From positions 28,382,985 through 28,446,984 of the forward strand of contig JAHRHZ010000021.1 in NCBI GenBank assembly GCA_024137785.1: 64,000 bases of DNA, in the 5' to 3' direction. Positions 12,756 through 25,637 of the stretch are shown piece after piece. Within the stretch, counting starts at the first letter, position 1; each line of letters opens with the position of its first letter. The translations under genes were made by a program, and so were the position numbers. The stretch is from Ginglymostoma cirratum. Its lineage: Eukaryota. The notes under the pieces are model-generated. The model made no database searches. It was not told the DNA's origin and saw nothing but the letters and a program-made list of their open reading frames with translations.

Positions 12756-15700
12756 AAATACATTTTAGTAACATGCCCACATTTTAACTGGATAGGTTGA
12801 ATATTAGTACACAGGGATAATATTGGATCAGAAATTTTCCTATCCTGGGTGTATATGTGACAACTTAAAATAAGGAGAATGTAGCACCTTTCCATAAAAA
12901 TGTTTCTTACTCCCTAAAACATTAACAAACCAATTTTTATTTTTTTTTTAGCTGACTAAGTTCCTTAACAAAGTGTGGGTATGTAGTTCAGAGCATGTCG
13001 AAATGTACTTTTTAATGTACTTCTTACAAACCCTTTTTGCCGCTGAAAGTACACTGGGAATATTGTTAATGTAAAAGCTCCATTATTAATTTTGCAGTGA
13101 CATCATTTGAAATGGTAGGACGTGGGTTTAGGCATTTAGTCTTTACATATTGATCAAGAACACGTTTTTTGTGAAATATAGGAAGCGCAGACCACGTCTT
13201 CCCCTCAGGAAAGTAGTAGAATTTCAAAGATGATTTAGCTTGAGCCATTTTCACATGTTGCCTTGCTGTTGACTTCAGAATGTTATTAATGTGGGCACAT
13301 TGCCCACCCATGACTGTGTTGTGGGCAACAATGCTGGCGGAGCCATAGAATAAGTAAAAATATTTTTCAATTTCAGGTGGAACTATAGTGTATTTATGTT
13401 TTATAACATCCAACATTTTTGCTAACGATCACAATTCACTACTCCTGCTTCTATCCCCAGTGACTTCTTGGCCTCTCACTGCCAGATGTCAATAGCAGGT
13501 ACCACCCATTTGCTTGAATGCTCGATATGTTACAAACATTGAAACTGAGGTTTCCAAGAATCCATTGGCAAGAGATTTCTGTTTCGATCTCTGAATGTTG
13601 TATTTTGAAAATAAATTGTTTGTGTTTCTAGAAAAGCTGAAATTTGCATGAAAGGCAGTGTAGCTTTGAAACTAATTAATTGACTAATCCCTGTAATCTG
13701 AAATTCAAGCAGCAATGGGCACTGATCATCCTATCAGTCTTTTTAAACGACTGTTACTTTGTCAGAAACTTTGTAATAAGATATTATATCCGTTCTTCCC
13801 AGCTCTTGATTATCTTCAAAAGCTGTCGGAGTCACTTACAAATTATCTGTGAACTATCTATATTCTAATTTGGATTTCTTGATCAGAATTTTGGAATTAT
13901 ATTTCCCTATGATTTTTCCAGAGCAAGTTCAAGTTATATAAAGCTTTGTTTATATCTAGATGTTATATTTCTATCAAAAATATATTAGCTTGGTCTCACA
14001 ATCTAAACTGGAAACATTTAACAAATATCTGAATACATCAAAGTTCACCTAATTGAGATTAATTCTGATTTGCATTACATTCAGAAAGTCGTCTTTTAAT
14101 GAGGTTAAGTTAGATGCTGTCTGGTAGTTTGTTCATATTTGTTCCATTTAACTGTAAGGAACTCCTGTTTAATTATTGATAAAATACATGAATTTGAACT
14201 TCAAGTTCATGTAGCATCTCCCAGACCCTTTCATATACCCATGTCAAGTGTATGGTTTTGCTATCATGAACCTGAAGTATACTGCCTTCACATTATCAGA
14301 TGTTAAATGTCCTGACTTTGAAATATGGAAAAGTAAACCAAAATGGTATCAATTACTACCTTTTTAAAATTATGTCTGGTAAAAGATGCCATTAAATTTT
14401 ATGAAGTGTTAATTTCAGTGTATGAAAGTAATTTTTAATCTCATCACACTTTCTTTCAGTACTCTCATGCTTTTTTATCTGAACGTTTGAGGGAAGCACC
14501 AGCCATCTATCTCATGACGGCTTCATTGAGGTTTAGATTACAGATCATAGGTAGTTGTGTGCTAGCTATATACTTGTATGGCTTTACTGTGATATACCAG
14601 CATACTCTATCTTCAGGCTGTCCTCTACATTTCTTTGAAAATTCAGTTTGTGGAGGCTTGCTAATTTTATGTTGCAGTACGTTTTAGTGTTTTGCTTTTG
14701 ATTAACTGAATGTTGAATGTGTGTGAAACCTATCTCCTCTTTTGAGTCTCCAAATCAAATCTATACTCACCTGTAGGGTATTAGTTTTTGTCAGAACATA
14801 TTTAAATTACCCCAGTCCAGGGAGCTTGAATTGGTAAATTTGATGTGAAGGATCTTCTGTGTGCTTGGGAGTACCTCTGAAGTTCAACACTGATTAAGTA
14901 TTTTGTACTCTAGCTTTGTGCTGGTGGGTTTCAGTGGTAGGTACTTTGGTGTGAAAGAACAAAATAATAGCAAGAAGAAAAAATGTGAGGATGTCAGAGC
15001 ATCATGGTTGTGTTGTTCAGGGTGCAAGAACCACTTGGTAACTAGGATTATGAGAAAAGCAAAATGTAGCTTGAAGGAATATGTATTTTATATATATTTA
15101 TAAGATTTTGGGGTCCACTTTAACAGTAAAACCTAAATTAATCACAACTATAAACAAAGTTTGAGAGAGTGAATCAAAATGTTTACTGGTTCTGATTATT
15201 TTCAAGATCTATTCCAGGTACAAATGTTTGCATAAGTTTTACAGAATTTATTAACTTTATCACAACAAGTACAAAATAAATAGTACTGAATAAGAACAGT
15301 CATTTTTCAGTGGATCCACTTTGGGTTGCCAGTTCACAACATTGATTGACCAGTCTCAAATCTCCTGTTCTGTTCATGGACGTTCTCTTTCTGTTTTTGG
15401 TCCTCATTTCTTATTCACTGAACTGTGATGAACTACACTTACTAACCTTTGCTAGCCAAGATCCCCTGTGCATGACCAGAGACGTCCTGAACTCTAATTG
15501 TATTTTGGTACATTAATAGTTCATGGTCTCTCTTGGATTGGCTAGATAGTGTCTGCTGAATTCCCGATTAATCATATTAATGACATCACTTCTTACTGTT
15601 TTCTTCATCCCTTCTGCAACAGCTTCCAACTCTGTATATCTTAATCAAGAAGCGATGGTACCAATGAGGCCATTTATGTGTCTACTTGGAGCATCTAGTG

Positions 15701-16596
15701 TCAATCTCTAGTGTTTTACTATTATTTGAAATGTCCAGCTAACATATCTAAAGTAGTTGAAACAATTACAAGGCTACCGAATTCATGACAGAACCAAATT
15801 TCAAGGTAACATATCTTACCTATGCACATGCCATATAAGAATGTGTATATATATATGTGTGTGTCCATGTATAGACCTGCAATTCCTGTCCACACTAAGT
15901 TACAAAACTAAACTAAACAACTTAAAATATAGCCGTGTCCTTAAGTCAAATCCTTTTCCCTGAAAGCATTTGCACGTGTTAGTCGAACTCTACATTAACC
16001 TGAGCCATAACACAATAAAACTGTAAACCCATGACCATACTTTGACCTGTGTCATATGTTTTTTTTGCCTTACAGAAACTGTTTACAACTAACTACAAAC
16101 AAATATAATGTGATTCCTCACTTGTTTAATCAAGTCAAAATGATTAATTATTGAAAAATAATTCATCCTACAACTTGGCCTGTGTACATAAATACCATCA
16201 GGTGGGGAGAAAATGTCAAAATGGTATATTTCTAAATCATTTCTTGCTGTAATAGTCATGCAAATATACAATATAGCAGCTCACGAAATGGTTATAGTCC
16301 AGCAAGTTTAAATGCTTGCAGTGGAATTTTCTACAGTCATTTGAGCTAAGGAACTTTAGTTCCTTAAAAATATGTAGATCACATTTTTACTATTGTGTAC
16401 AATTTAGCGTATATTTAACCTGTCCATCTTCCACATGTAACTTTGTGTGGTCAATGTAAAGTACAGATTTGAAAATTCATGAATGCAGAGCAACAATTGT
16501 GTGAGGGATATGTGCAGGGAAACAATTGATGAGTTCATGGTGTCAGTGAATTAGCTGGAAATGTCATTAATACACATTTTTCAGCTACTCAGCAAT

Positions 16597-16907
16597 TCAT
16601 AGAATCCCTCCAGTGTGGAAGCAGGCCATTCGGCCTGCTGCATCCCACCTAGACCCACTCCCCTACCCTAACGCTGTAACCCTGTATTTCCCATGGCTAA
16701 TCCACCTAGCCTGCACATCCCTATATATTATGGTCAATTTAGCATGGCTAGTCCACCTAACCTGCACATCTTTGGACTGTGGCAGGAAACTGGAGACATG
16801 GGGAGAATATGCAAACTCCACACAGACAGTCACCTGAGGCTGGAAATAGAACCCGGGTCGCAGGTGATGTAAGGTAACAATGCTAACCACTTAGCCATGT
16901 GCCACCC
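16597..16907 (-). mobile_element. tRNA-derived V-SINE (HE1-like), near full length
   Basis: Minus strand: gggtggcacatggctaagtggttagcattg (A box)...cccgggttctatttcc (B box)...V-domain core...CR1-like tail. Confidence 0.88.
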
Positions 16908-17554
16908 TAAATAGAAGGTAAAATTGATTTACTCAATATAGGAGTGCCAAATTAGATTAAAGCCTGGTTCTTTCAGTGTTATAACAAGTTAGCTTTCTGT
17001 ACACTTCCTTTGTGATCATTTTTATTGGGATAGGGTGGAATGGGTGCATGTGCCCTTCTGGTAACAAGCAGACTGCCCATCTTAAAGAAGTGGTCTGAAG
17101 TCTGTCTCATTTTCATAACTAGTGTTCATATCATTCTGTTTGCTCATTTTGGAGAATGTTACCTATTGGATGAAGTAGTTGAGAAATCTGGCAAAACGTC
17201 AAATCAAAATAATGCTTGACTAGTGGCCAAATAGGTCAGTAAGCACGGGGGTCATAGGGAATGGGAGTTGCTGAAAATTAAGACACGGGCAGCAAGGTTT
17301 TTCAGGATCTAAGGTTAACAGAGAATTGAATGCATGTGACATGCCAAGATTGATTTGGAAATCTCAAGCCTAATGATAATGCAGACATGAGTAGCCTGAG
17401 ACAAAACAAAGATGGGTGATGTTACATTAGTGAAAATAGGTGGATTTTCAAATGGCATGAAATGAGATCTGAAGTTCAATTGTCATGAGTTGCATCAAGT
17501 GCCGAAATGCCATTTACATGGTAGTTACTCCTAAGATTAGGGGATAAAAGACTT

Positions 17555-18190
17555 CACTTGGAGTACTGTGAGCAGACCCAGGCACTACACTTTAGGATGG
17601 ATATATTGTCCTTGAAGGGATAAAAAAAAAGTAGGTTTACAAGAATGATAGCTGGACTCCAGGAGTTAAGTTATGAGAAATTATACAAATTAGGCCTATT
17701 TTCTCTAGAATTTAGAAGTTTAACAGGTGACCTCGTCAGAATCTTCAAGATATTAACAGGAAAGGACAGCGTAGATAATTATGTTGGAGATTATAGAACT
17801 AGGGGGCATAGCCTAACAATTAGCATCAGACCATTCAGGAGAGATATTATGAAGCACTTCTACACACACAGGGTGGTAGATGTTTGGAACTCTCTTTCAT
17901 AATTGATGCTAGATCAGTTGTTAATTTTCAATCTGCGATAGAGAAATTTTTGTTCAGCAAAGGAATTAAGGGACATAGGCCAAAAGCTGGTATGTGGAGT
18001 TAGGCCAAAAATCAGCCATGATCTCATTGAATGGCGGAACAGCATTAGAGGCTAACAGCATTAGAGGCTAAATGACTGTCTGAAGAAGGGTCTAGACCCG
18101 AAACGTCAGCTTTCCTGCTCCTCTGATGCTGCTTGGCCTGCTGTGTTTGTCCAGCTGTACACCTTGTTATCTGTACTCCTGTTCTTGTAT
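17555..18190 (+). mobile_element. CR1 LINE 3' fragment, interrupted at its tail by a Penelope-derived insert
   Basis: MIAGLQELSYEKLYKLGLFSLEFRSLTGDLVRIFKIL..TRGHSL..FYTHRVVDVWNSL. Confidence 0.9.
18080..18172 (+). mobile_element. Penelope-like family A fragment with minimal hammerhead core
   Basis: CTGAAGA-A-GGGTC-TA-GACCC-GAAA-C-GTC at 18080-18107, followed by the family A body. Confidence 0.75.
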
Positions 18191-19867
18191 TTAACCCTTT
18201 TGGATGAGTCATGTGGTAACCAGAGAATTAATAAAACATTTGACTGAATTTTTATTTTTCACATCTTGCACCTGTTCGCCAATATTATTCTCTCAATAAA
18301 TCAGTAAAATACTATAGAATTATACCTTTGAATCACAGAAACCAATTTTCAGATATCGCTTAGGGTAGCTTGTATCATGCCTGTGATGTCATTTGTTTTC
18401 CTCTGAGTGTTTTGGTACTTATTTGTCATGGAAAAGAGACTTTTAAACTGTGTTGGGCTGGTCTCATACACCTCTAAGTCAGTATTTGTGAAGAGGTGTA
18501 TGAGACAGGGTAAATTGCCCCTCCTTTCAAATGGACATAATAAATTCAGGGAGGAGAAGAATGAAAGAAAATGTGATATATGCTGCTTATAAATATAAAT
18601 TTATACTACATTGCAAGTATGAGAGTATAGAATTCATTTACATTGGGATGTAACTTGCTCAATAATATATATTCTTTGAAGATATTCTTTTAAAAGAGTT
18701 CAGAAAATGCGAACATGTGAATTAAATTTTTTTTTAAAAAGTTGTTTTCTTAATAATTAATCAACATAAAGAAGAATTTTCCATTTTACAATGTTTTCCA
18801 CTCACATCTGAAATGTAGATTATGGCTTTTAGTGAACAGTCACCGAGAATTTTTCATCATTGCTATCTGTGGGAAAGCACCCTGCTTTTACTATGTGACT
18901 TCCTTCAGTGACTTAGTGAAGTTTAAGAGTTCAGTAGAAATGAATCACCAGTGTAACTAGACATCGTACTATTTTGCAGTGCAACGTATTATTAGTAAGT
19001 TTCTCTGCTGGGCAACCATGCTGACTTCACAAATTGCAATTTTTCACAGGTTGAGACATTTACAGAAATGCTGTTTTACATATTTTAGCTGCCAAGAGGT
19101 AAGCAGAATATTCACTCCGTTGCAGTATAAACAGAAGTTGCATTGCTGTATTTAGTTTCCAAAATCAGTTTATTTGAGTGGCAGAAAGAAGTGAAAAGGT
19201 CTTTGTTACAAACATCTGTTACTTGAGATATTACTAGATGATAGGGCATAGCACTTGAGTATTACGGAGCAGAACTTAACAACAGTAAGTATAACTGTAA
19301 CTTCTCAAATTGAAGAATTTGAGTTCTTCAAACTCATGGAAGAGCAATTATTGTAGATTGCATTGTATAAATTGACCTTTGAATTTTTGAAAAATCATTC
19401 TGAAAGAGGGGGCCAGTTTGTATGTAAAATATAAAATGTGAACCATTGCTGTCAGTACAGGAAGATCTGTTTCTGCTTGTTGGTTTCCATTTGCATTGTG
19501 GTGTGTGGTCTTGTCTTACACTCCCACGCATCTTCTTGTCACTATGGCCTGTATTGCTGACTTGATCCCATGCACCGTATGTATAACCATATGTATAGGC
19601 ATGTATAACCCTAAACGTGTATCTCTGAGCCAAAGTAATTAGGACAGTTTCCTAATACAAATATAGAAAATACATCCATAAACTGAAAAATATAGGGAGC
19701 TGGGCGTATTTAGATCTAGGTCTAAACAAGTATTTTGGCGCTGAAGAAACTGAATAATCTTTAATGAATGTGGTCAATTTAAACAGCTTCAGGAATTGAT
19801 TGTTGACACTTATTTCTTCAATCTTTTCATTCACAACTTGCATTGCTATTAATAAACGGATATTAAA

Positions 19868-20376
19868 GTCATAGAGCGTAGAGATATACAGCACTGAAAC
19901 AGACCGTTTGGTCCAACTCGTTCATGCCAACCAAATTTCCTAAATAACTCTAGTCCCATTTGCCAGCATTTGGCCCATATCGCTCTAAACCCTTTCCATT
20001 AATATACTCATCCAGATAGCTTTTAAATGTTGTACTAGCCTCCACCACTTCTTCTGGCAGCTCATTCCATGCATACACCACCCTCTGCATGAAAAGGTTG
20101 CCCCTTAGATCCCTTTTAAATCTTCCCCTTTCACCTTAATACTATGTCCTCTAGTTTTGGACTCCCCCACCACAGGGAAAAGACCTTGTCTATTACCCTA
20201 TCCATGTCCCTCATGATTTTATAAACCTCTGTAAGGTCGCCCCTCAGCCTCTGATGCTCCAGGTAAAATAGCCCCAGTCTATTCAGCCTCTCCCTATAGC
20301 TCAAACCCTCCAAACCCTGGCCAAATCCTTGTAAATCTTTTCTGAATCCTTTCAAGTTTTACAACATCCTTCCTAT
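19868..20376 (-). mobile_element. CR1 LINE 3' fragment
   Basis: GLEGLSYRERLNRLGLFYLEHQRLRGDLTEVYKIMR followed by the CR1 3'UTR. Confidence 0.9.
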
Positions 20377-21000
20377 TGATTTCTATAATTTTAACTGCAA
20401 GATAATTACTAAAACAATAACAAAGTTACTAAGTAAAATGTAATGTGGAGCTTGTGACTCTAGTGCTATTCACATAATTTTGTTAACTAGTGAATTAGTC
20501 AACACTTGACAAACATGATTGCTGGTCACATTCGTAAGCAAACTATTTCCATATTCCTCCAGCTGCTGCTTCAAAGTGACTTTATAACATCATTCACTTG
20601 TTTTCAATGGTTACATATATTGTCTCCCATGTTTCAAAGAAAGGAAACCAGACTCTTGGAAATCCACATTTAAAACTTACATATGATTTCTTTTAAAAAT
20701 TATGCTTTCCTTGCAAAATTACATTTTGGTTGATTCATATAATCGACTGAACCTCAGAAAGGAGCTTGTCCTAATTAATTATTCACACCACTTATTTATG
20801 TAAGTAAACTTAATTTTGGGAGGGCACATAGACTGCATGACTGAACCGTATTATTGATTTTACATGAATCAGTTATCACATTTTATACTTTTTAGTGTTT
20901 TATGTATTATATATATACGTAATTATGCCTTGCATAATCTCGGTTTAGATCATGCAAAATCCTTCAAGCAAAACCTATTATACACATTAGCACCCAAATC

Positions 21001-21031
21001 AAATTTCCGAATAAATTTCCGAATAAATTTC
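21001..21031. repeat. 12-bp tandem repeat (AAATTTCCGAAT, about 2.6 copies)
   Basis: aaatttccgaat aaatttccgaat aaatttc. Confidence 0.85.
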
Positions 21032-21387
21032 TGATCTGATGCTAAAATATGTTGGCCTTCAATGAACGAGGGTTTGCCTAATCATCAAAACTTAGAGATC
21101 TTTGTTCATCTTTTCCTGAGTTTTTCCTCTAAGGAGTTAACTCTTGCCGGATTATAATTTCCCAATTACCATTGGTGTCTAGAGTGAGTTAAAAACAGTT
21201 GAGTTGATAATAAGTTTATCAGTCTGTGCTGTCTTGACATTTGAACACAGTCATTTTTATGTATTTGTTGCTCCTCTGTCCACTTTTCCATGGACAAAAA
21301 TAAACATAAATCTTTTTCTACTTGTGCTCCTCCCTTATTATCTTTGTTTGTCTGTGCCTTTGTGTAAATTTTTAGCTCAGTTAGTTT

Positions 21388-21930
21388 TCACATTTATGCT
21401 GACAACTACCAGCTTTACCTCAGCACCAACTCTCTTGACACCTACACTGTTGCTAAGTTATCAGGCTGCTTGTGCAACATCCAGTACCAAATGAACAGAA
21501 ATTTCCTCCAATTAAATATTGCGTAGGCTAACATTGTTTTCCAAACAATGGTGTTTTCCCCATTCCAAACACTATTCTCTAGCAACTGACTCTATCTCTC
21601 TCATGGTAATAGTCTGAGGTTAAGTCAATGCGTTCATAGTTTTGGCGTCACTCTTGATCCGAATATGAGCTTTTAATCTTTTATTTACACCATCTCTATG
21701 ACTACCTTTATAACTTCCATACAATTGGCTGACTTCACCCCTGCTTCTGCTTATTTGCTGCTGAAATCCTGATCCATTGTTTCCTCCAGATTTGACTATT
21801 CCAAAACCATCCTGGCCAGCCTCCCAAATTCTACCATCTGTAAATTTGAAGTCATTTAAAAACTATTGCCTGTGTCTTCACTTATCGGAAGTCCCATTCC
21901 TCCATGATGCCTCACTTTGCTGGCTCACAT
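21388..21930 (+). mobile_element. L2-clade LINE RT fragment
   Basis: HIYADNYQLYLST (YADD-like motif) and SRFDYSKTILASLP, both typical of L2 ORF2. Confidence 0.75.
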
Positions 21931-22895
21931 TTATAAATGTAACTTGCATGAGCTTTGCTCGTGTCTATCTTATAAAACAATAAAATTTTGTGAAATTTAT
22001 TTTGTGTAAATATAAATCTTTGGTAATTTTAAGTGATTGTCATGGAATGTTTTTACTGCAGTATCCTGCTTTACTCATAAAAGTGATGTGTCAAACAGAT
22101 GTCATTTTGTAGCTTTTGAACTCCACTATTAATGGCGACTAAATACAAGAGAGAATTAGAGAAGGATGTTAGATACATGAGCAGGTTCCTGCTGATCTGT
22201 TCAATACCTGCATTGTAATGGGTTGTACTCTCGCCTTTGACAAATCGCCTAGCTCTGGAAGCTTTTTCCAAGATGCTGAAATCTGTGGTGATGCATGACC
22301 AAGTCTACCTGATAAATTCACGTGTCATGTTGTGTGTGATGGTGATTTATCAATTTTCTGATTTTTTTTCTTGTGGAAAAGACATTAGCATTGTAAAGAT
22401 ACAAATCAGCAGTATTACCAGACATTTTTGAAGCTGCTTCTCCATATTGCTTCAGTTTTCATTTCTCCAATAATGTAACAGCACCCTGAATGTGAAGAAA
22501 ACCAACTTGACTACAAAATAATTAGACAAAAATTCAGTGTTAGATGCTGAAATGATATGTATGAAAACTTGTGCTTTTGTAAAATTGCTGATTAAGAAAG
22601 GCATGTTTCTGCTGTTTGAGTTCATGAGCAATAAAAATGAATAAAACCAAAAATTAGTTTAAAATGTGGATGAAGTTGAGTAAATGAAAAAAAAATGCCT
22701 CATTTCACCCGAGGAACAAAAACATGCACAAATCAGACACTCGTGCAGAAATATCTGCCAATTAGGTGAAACTAAAATTCCTGTTTATCTCTTTGCATCA
22801 AAAAAGGACTTCTTGTAATTATTGACAGCACACTTCCATTTCAGAAAAATATTTATAACACTTGAATTTACAAGGAAACCAGACATAATTGTAAG

Positions 22896-22901
22896 TTTAT
22901 T
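22896..22901 (-). terminator. LRRN3: Candidate polyadenylation signal of LRRN3
   Basis: First AATAAA I found on the minus strand downstream of the stop (about 600 nt), followed by GU/U-rich sequence (TGTCTGGTTTCCTTGT). Confidence 0.5.
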
Positions 22902-23507
22902 CAAAAATGTTAATTTTGTTCCAAAAAAATCAATTTCACATACTGATTTTACTCACTGTGTGATCTACTCTAACGGATTGTATCCATTCACTAACACCAC
23001 ATGTGGCATTCTATTTTAAACTGCCCACCTTCTAAACAACTGCCAGCTAAAGTATTGTGTAAAACAGGACAGGAGGTATTGCTTGGAGACCACTATTACA
23101 GTCCACTACTTTACACATTACATAGTTAAATACAGGAAAAATACTTTTAACCTTTACCTAGCATCACTGTGCCATCGTACCATATCTTTTGACTGTGGTG
23201 AGCAGTTTAACATTAACAGAAAATAAGTTAGGCTGTTACAACTTATGTTGGCTGGTGATGATTGTTTCTTTTGAAAGTTGCCATTCTCAAAAGGACACTC
23301 ACACCAATCCACATCTTTGCCTTGTCTTTGTTAGTTTGGTGTATGTCTGTCCATCGTACAGCATGCACAGTATAGGAGAGGGGTCTCCTCCCATTTCCTG
23401 CAAGTATCATGAGCAGGGCCTGTGCTTTTTTTCTTTTTCTTTTGTATCCAACGTTTAAAAGCAGTCCAGTTGTAACCAACTTTCATGAACATCACCTTCT
23501 AAAAAAT

Positions 23508-25637
23508 TTACGAACAGGTTGCTGATACATCTATTACCGTGGCTTTAACTTCCAGTGGTCCTTTCTTCTCTTTTGCTGTGTCCCAAATATTGATAATTGG
23601 AGCATAGAAGTTGTTTGATGGAAATATTGCTTTACTCGGCATGTACTTTTCTGAACAGCTGTGGCTGGAATTATACTTCATCCTCCAAGTCGCATAAGAG
23701 CAGACACACGTCATGCTAATGACACCAAAGATTACACCAAGGACAGCCACAAGTGCTGAGGTTGTACTTTGTCCGTTTGATTTTACAGCCAACTCCAATC
23801 CATTTGTTGTGACGTTGACACATTTCTTTTCAGTTTGTTGATGAATGTTGGTTACGTCAATACATACCTCATACTTAGTTGATGGGTTCAAATGCGTTAG
23901 ATTATATGTACGTATATCTACTGGAACTCTGGCTGTATAGGTAAGTTGATGGCTGTCAGAATTCATTTTGGCAGACCATTGAATATTTGTTGATATACAG
24001 TTTGAAACAGGCTTCCAAGACACCAAGATAGAATGCGATGCCACATTTTTTATTTTGATATTCAGAGATTCATTCATGGACTGTGCAAATGAGCCATTCA
24101 CTGTTATAAGAACTGTTTTCAAATCTGCTCCAACCAGATTGTGGGCCACACATGTATACAAGCCTGTTTCATTGTTGCTTACATTAAATAAATCCAGTGT
24201 TCCTTCAAGTTGCATGTTGTATTTATTGGTTGAAGTATTAGGCAGAAGTTTATCACCAGATGGTGTGATCCAGTAGATTTCAGGCTCTGGTAGTCCTGTA
24301 GCTCGACAGTGCAGAGAGACTGAGCTCCCACTGCTTAAATTTACAGCAGAAGGGAAGCTTTCAGATGCTATTAATGGAAGGCACATATCTGTCATTTCTC
24401 GGAAGGGAATCTGTCGGACATGCTGACCTTTAAATTCAGGTGGGTCAACACAAAACAAAGACTGTAGTTCCATGAATCGAATGTGTGTTTTGTTCATGTT
24501 AATCCAGCGAATGACACAATCGCATCTGATTGGATTGCTATGAATGCTGACTTCCTGCAGTTTAGGTAAAGATTCCACTGTGCCTCTATAGAGAGCACTA
24601 AGTGCATTACTGTTAAGCATTAATGTTTCAAGTTGGGGAGCTCTGTAGAATGCATTTGGATGGATATATGATAGCTTTGGGTTGTTTGTTGCTTCAATTT
24701 TTGTTAGTTCAGGCAAATTGTCAAGAGCAAGACAATCAATAGAAACCAGTTCTGCCATATTATTAATGCCCAGCTCTTTCAAGTGCAACATATTTCTGAA
24801 ATCCCCTTGCCGTATTCTCTGAATGGGATTTTTATTCAAATCCAAGAATTTGAGATTGGGAACTTTTTGAAGAGCTGCATGGGGCACCGTAATAAGTCTG
24901 TTGTCATAAAAAGAGATGCTTTCTAAATTGTTTAGGCCAACTAATGTATTGTCCCCCAGTTCTGAAAGCTTAATTCCAGCGAGGACCAAACTCCGCAGAT
25001 TGATGAGGGGTTTAAAGCTCATGGCTTGAATTTTAGTGATGGGATTTTCTCCTATTGTTAGAATCTCCAAGCTTGGGATAACATCAAACCAGCTGCTTTT
25101 AATCGTTGTTAATTGGTTAGAATTAAGATGCAATCTGAGAAGATTATTTAGACCTACAAATGCTCCCATTGCAATGCTGGAAATCTGATTATGATTAACA
25201 TAAAGTTCCTGTAGATTGCTGAGTCCAAGCAAACAGCTGTCAGGCAACTCTTTGAGTTTGTTTTCCTCCAGGTGCAGTGACATTAGCTGGAGCATTTTTC
25301 CCAGGTTGATGTCACAGATCGCTGAAAAATTGTTTTGAGATAAGTCGATTTCTGTAAGATTAACCAAATAGTCTATTTTGATCTCGATTTTTGAAATATT
25401 GTTACTCTGCAGTAGTAAAACTTGTGTCTCAGCTGGTATTCTTGGAGGAAGTGAAGCCAGGTTTAAATTGTTGCACTCTGTTGTAGGCGCTTCCATATAA
25501 ATAGATCTTGGCGTGAACCATGGTCTGATTTCACAAATACAGGACTTTGGACAGTCCATATTTCTTTCCACCGTTTGTACTATTGCAGTGACTGCAAGCC
25601 CAATAAAAACACAGGCATTGAATGATGTGTCCTTCAT
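23508..25637 (-). CDS. LRRN3: Leucine-rich repeat neuronal protein 3 (NLRR-3), single coding exon, 709 aa
   Basis: Intact ORF. The first in-frame ATG is at 25637 (MKDTSFNACVFIGLAVTAIVQT, signal-peptide-like). Then LRRNT CPKSCICEIRPWFTPRSIYMEA, tandem LRRs, LRRCT NPIRCDCVIRW, Ig domain (LHCRATG..PEIYWITP..YTCVAHNLVGAD), FN3 (YNLTHLNPSTKYEVC), TM helix LVAVLGVIFGVISMTCV and tail YAPIINIW..KEK..LEVKATVI. The MKD start and VKATVI end match LRRN3 as I recall it, not LRRN1/2. Confidence 0.96.
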   Translation of the reverse strand: MKDTSFNACVFIGLAVTAIVQTVERNMDCPKSCICEIRPWFTPRSIYMEAPTTECNNLNLASLPPRIPAETQVLLLQSNNISKIEIKIDYLVNLTEIDLSQNNFSAICDINLGKMLQLMSLHLEENKLKELPDSCLLGLSNLQELYVNHNQISSIAMGAFVGLNNLLRLHLNSNQLTTIKSSWFDVIPSLEILTIGENPITKIQAMSFKPLINLRSLVLAGIKLSELGDNTLVGLNNLESISFYDNRLITVPHAALQKVPNLKFLDLNKNPIQRIRQGDFRNMLHLKELGINNMAELVSIDCLALDNLPELTKIEATNNPKLSYIHPNAFYRAPQLETLMLNSNALSALYRGTVESLPKLQEVSIHSNPIRCDCVIRWINMNKTHIRFMELQSLFCVDPPEFKGQHVRQIPFREMTDMCLPLIASESFPSAVNLSSGSSVSLHCRATGLPEPEIYWITPSGDKLLPNTSTNKYNMQLEGTLDLFNVSNNETGLYTCVAHNLVGADLKTVLITVNGSFAQSMNESLNIKIKNVASHSILVSWKPVSNCISTNIQWSAKMNSDSHQLTYTARVPVDIRTYNLTHLNPSTKYEVCIDVTNIHQQTEKKCVNVTTNGLELAVKSNGQSTTSALVAVLGVIFGVISMTCVCSYATWRMKYNSSHSCSEKYMPSKAIFPSNNFYAPIINIWDTAKEKKGPLEVKATVIDVSATCS

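Noticed and set aside
13066-13416. 116-aa ORF, and the other 60-130 aa ORFs in the track
   Set aside because: No recognisable domains; expected by chance or derived from decayed TEs.
14984-15790. Possible solo LTRs (TG...CA blocks at 14984-15790 and about 8160-8880)
   Set aside because: No matching TSD or partner LTR; too weak to call.
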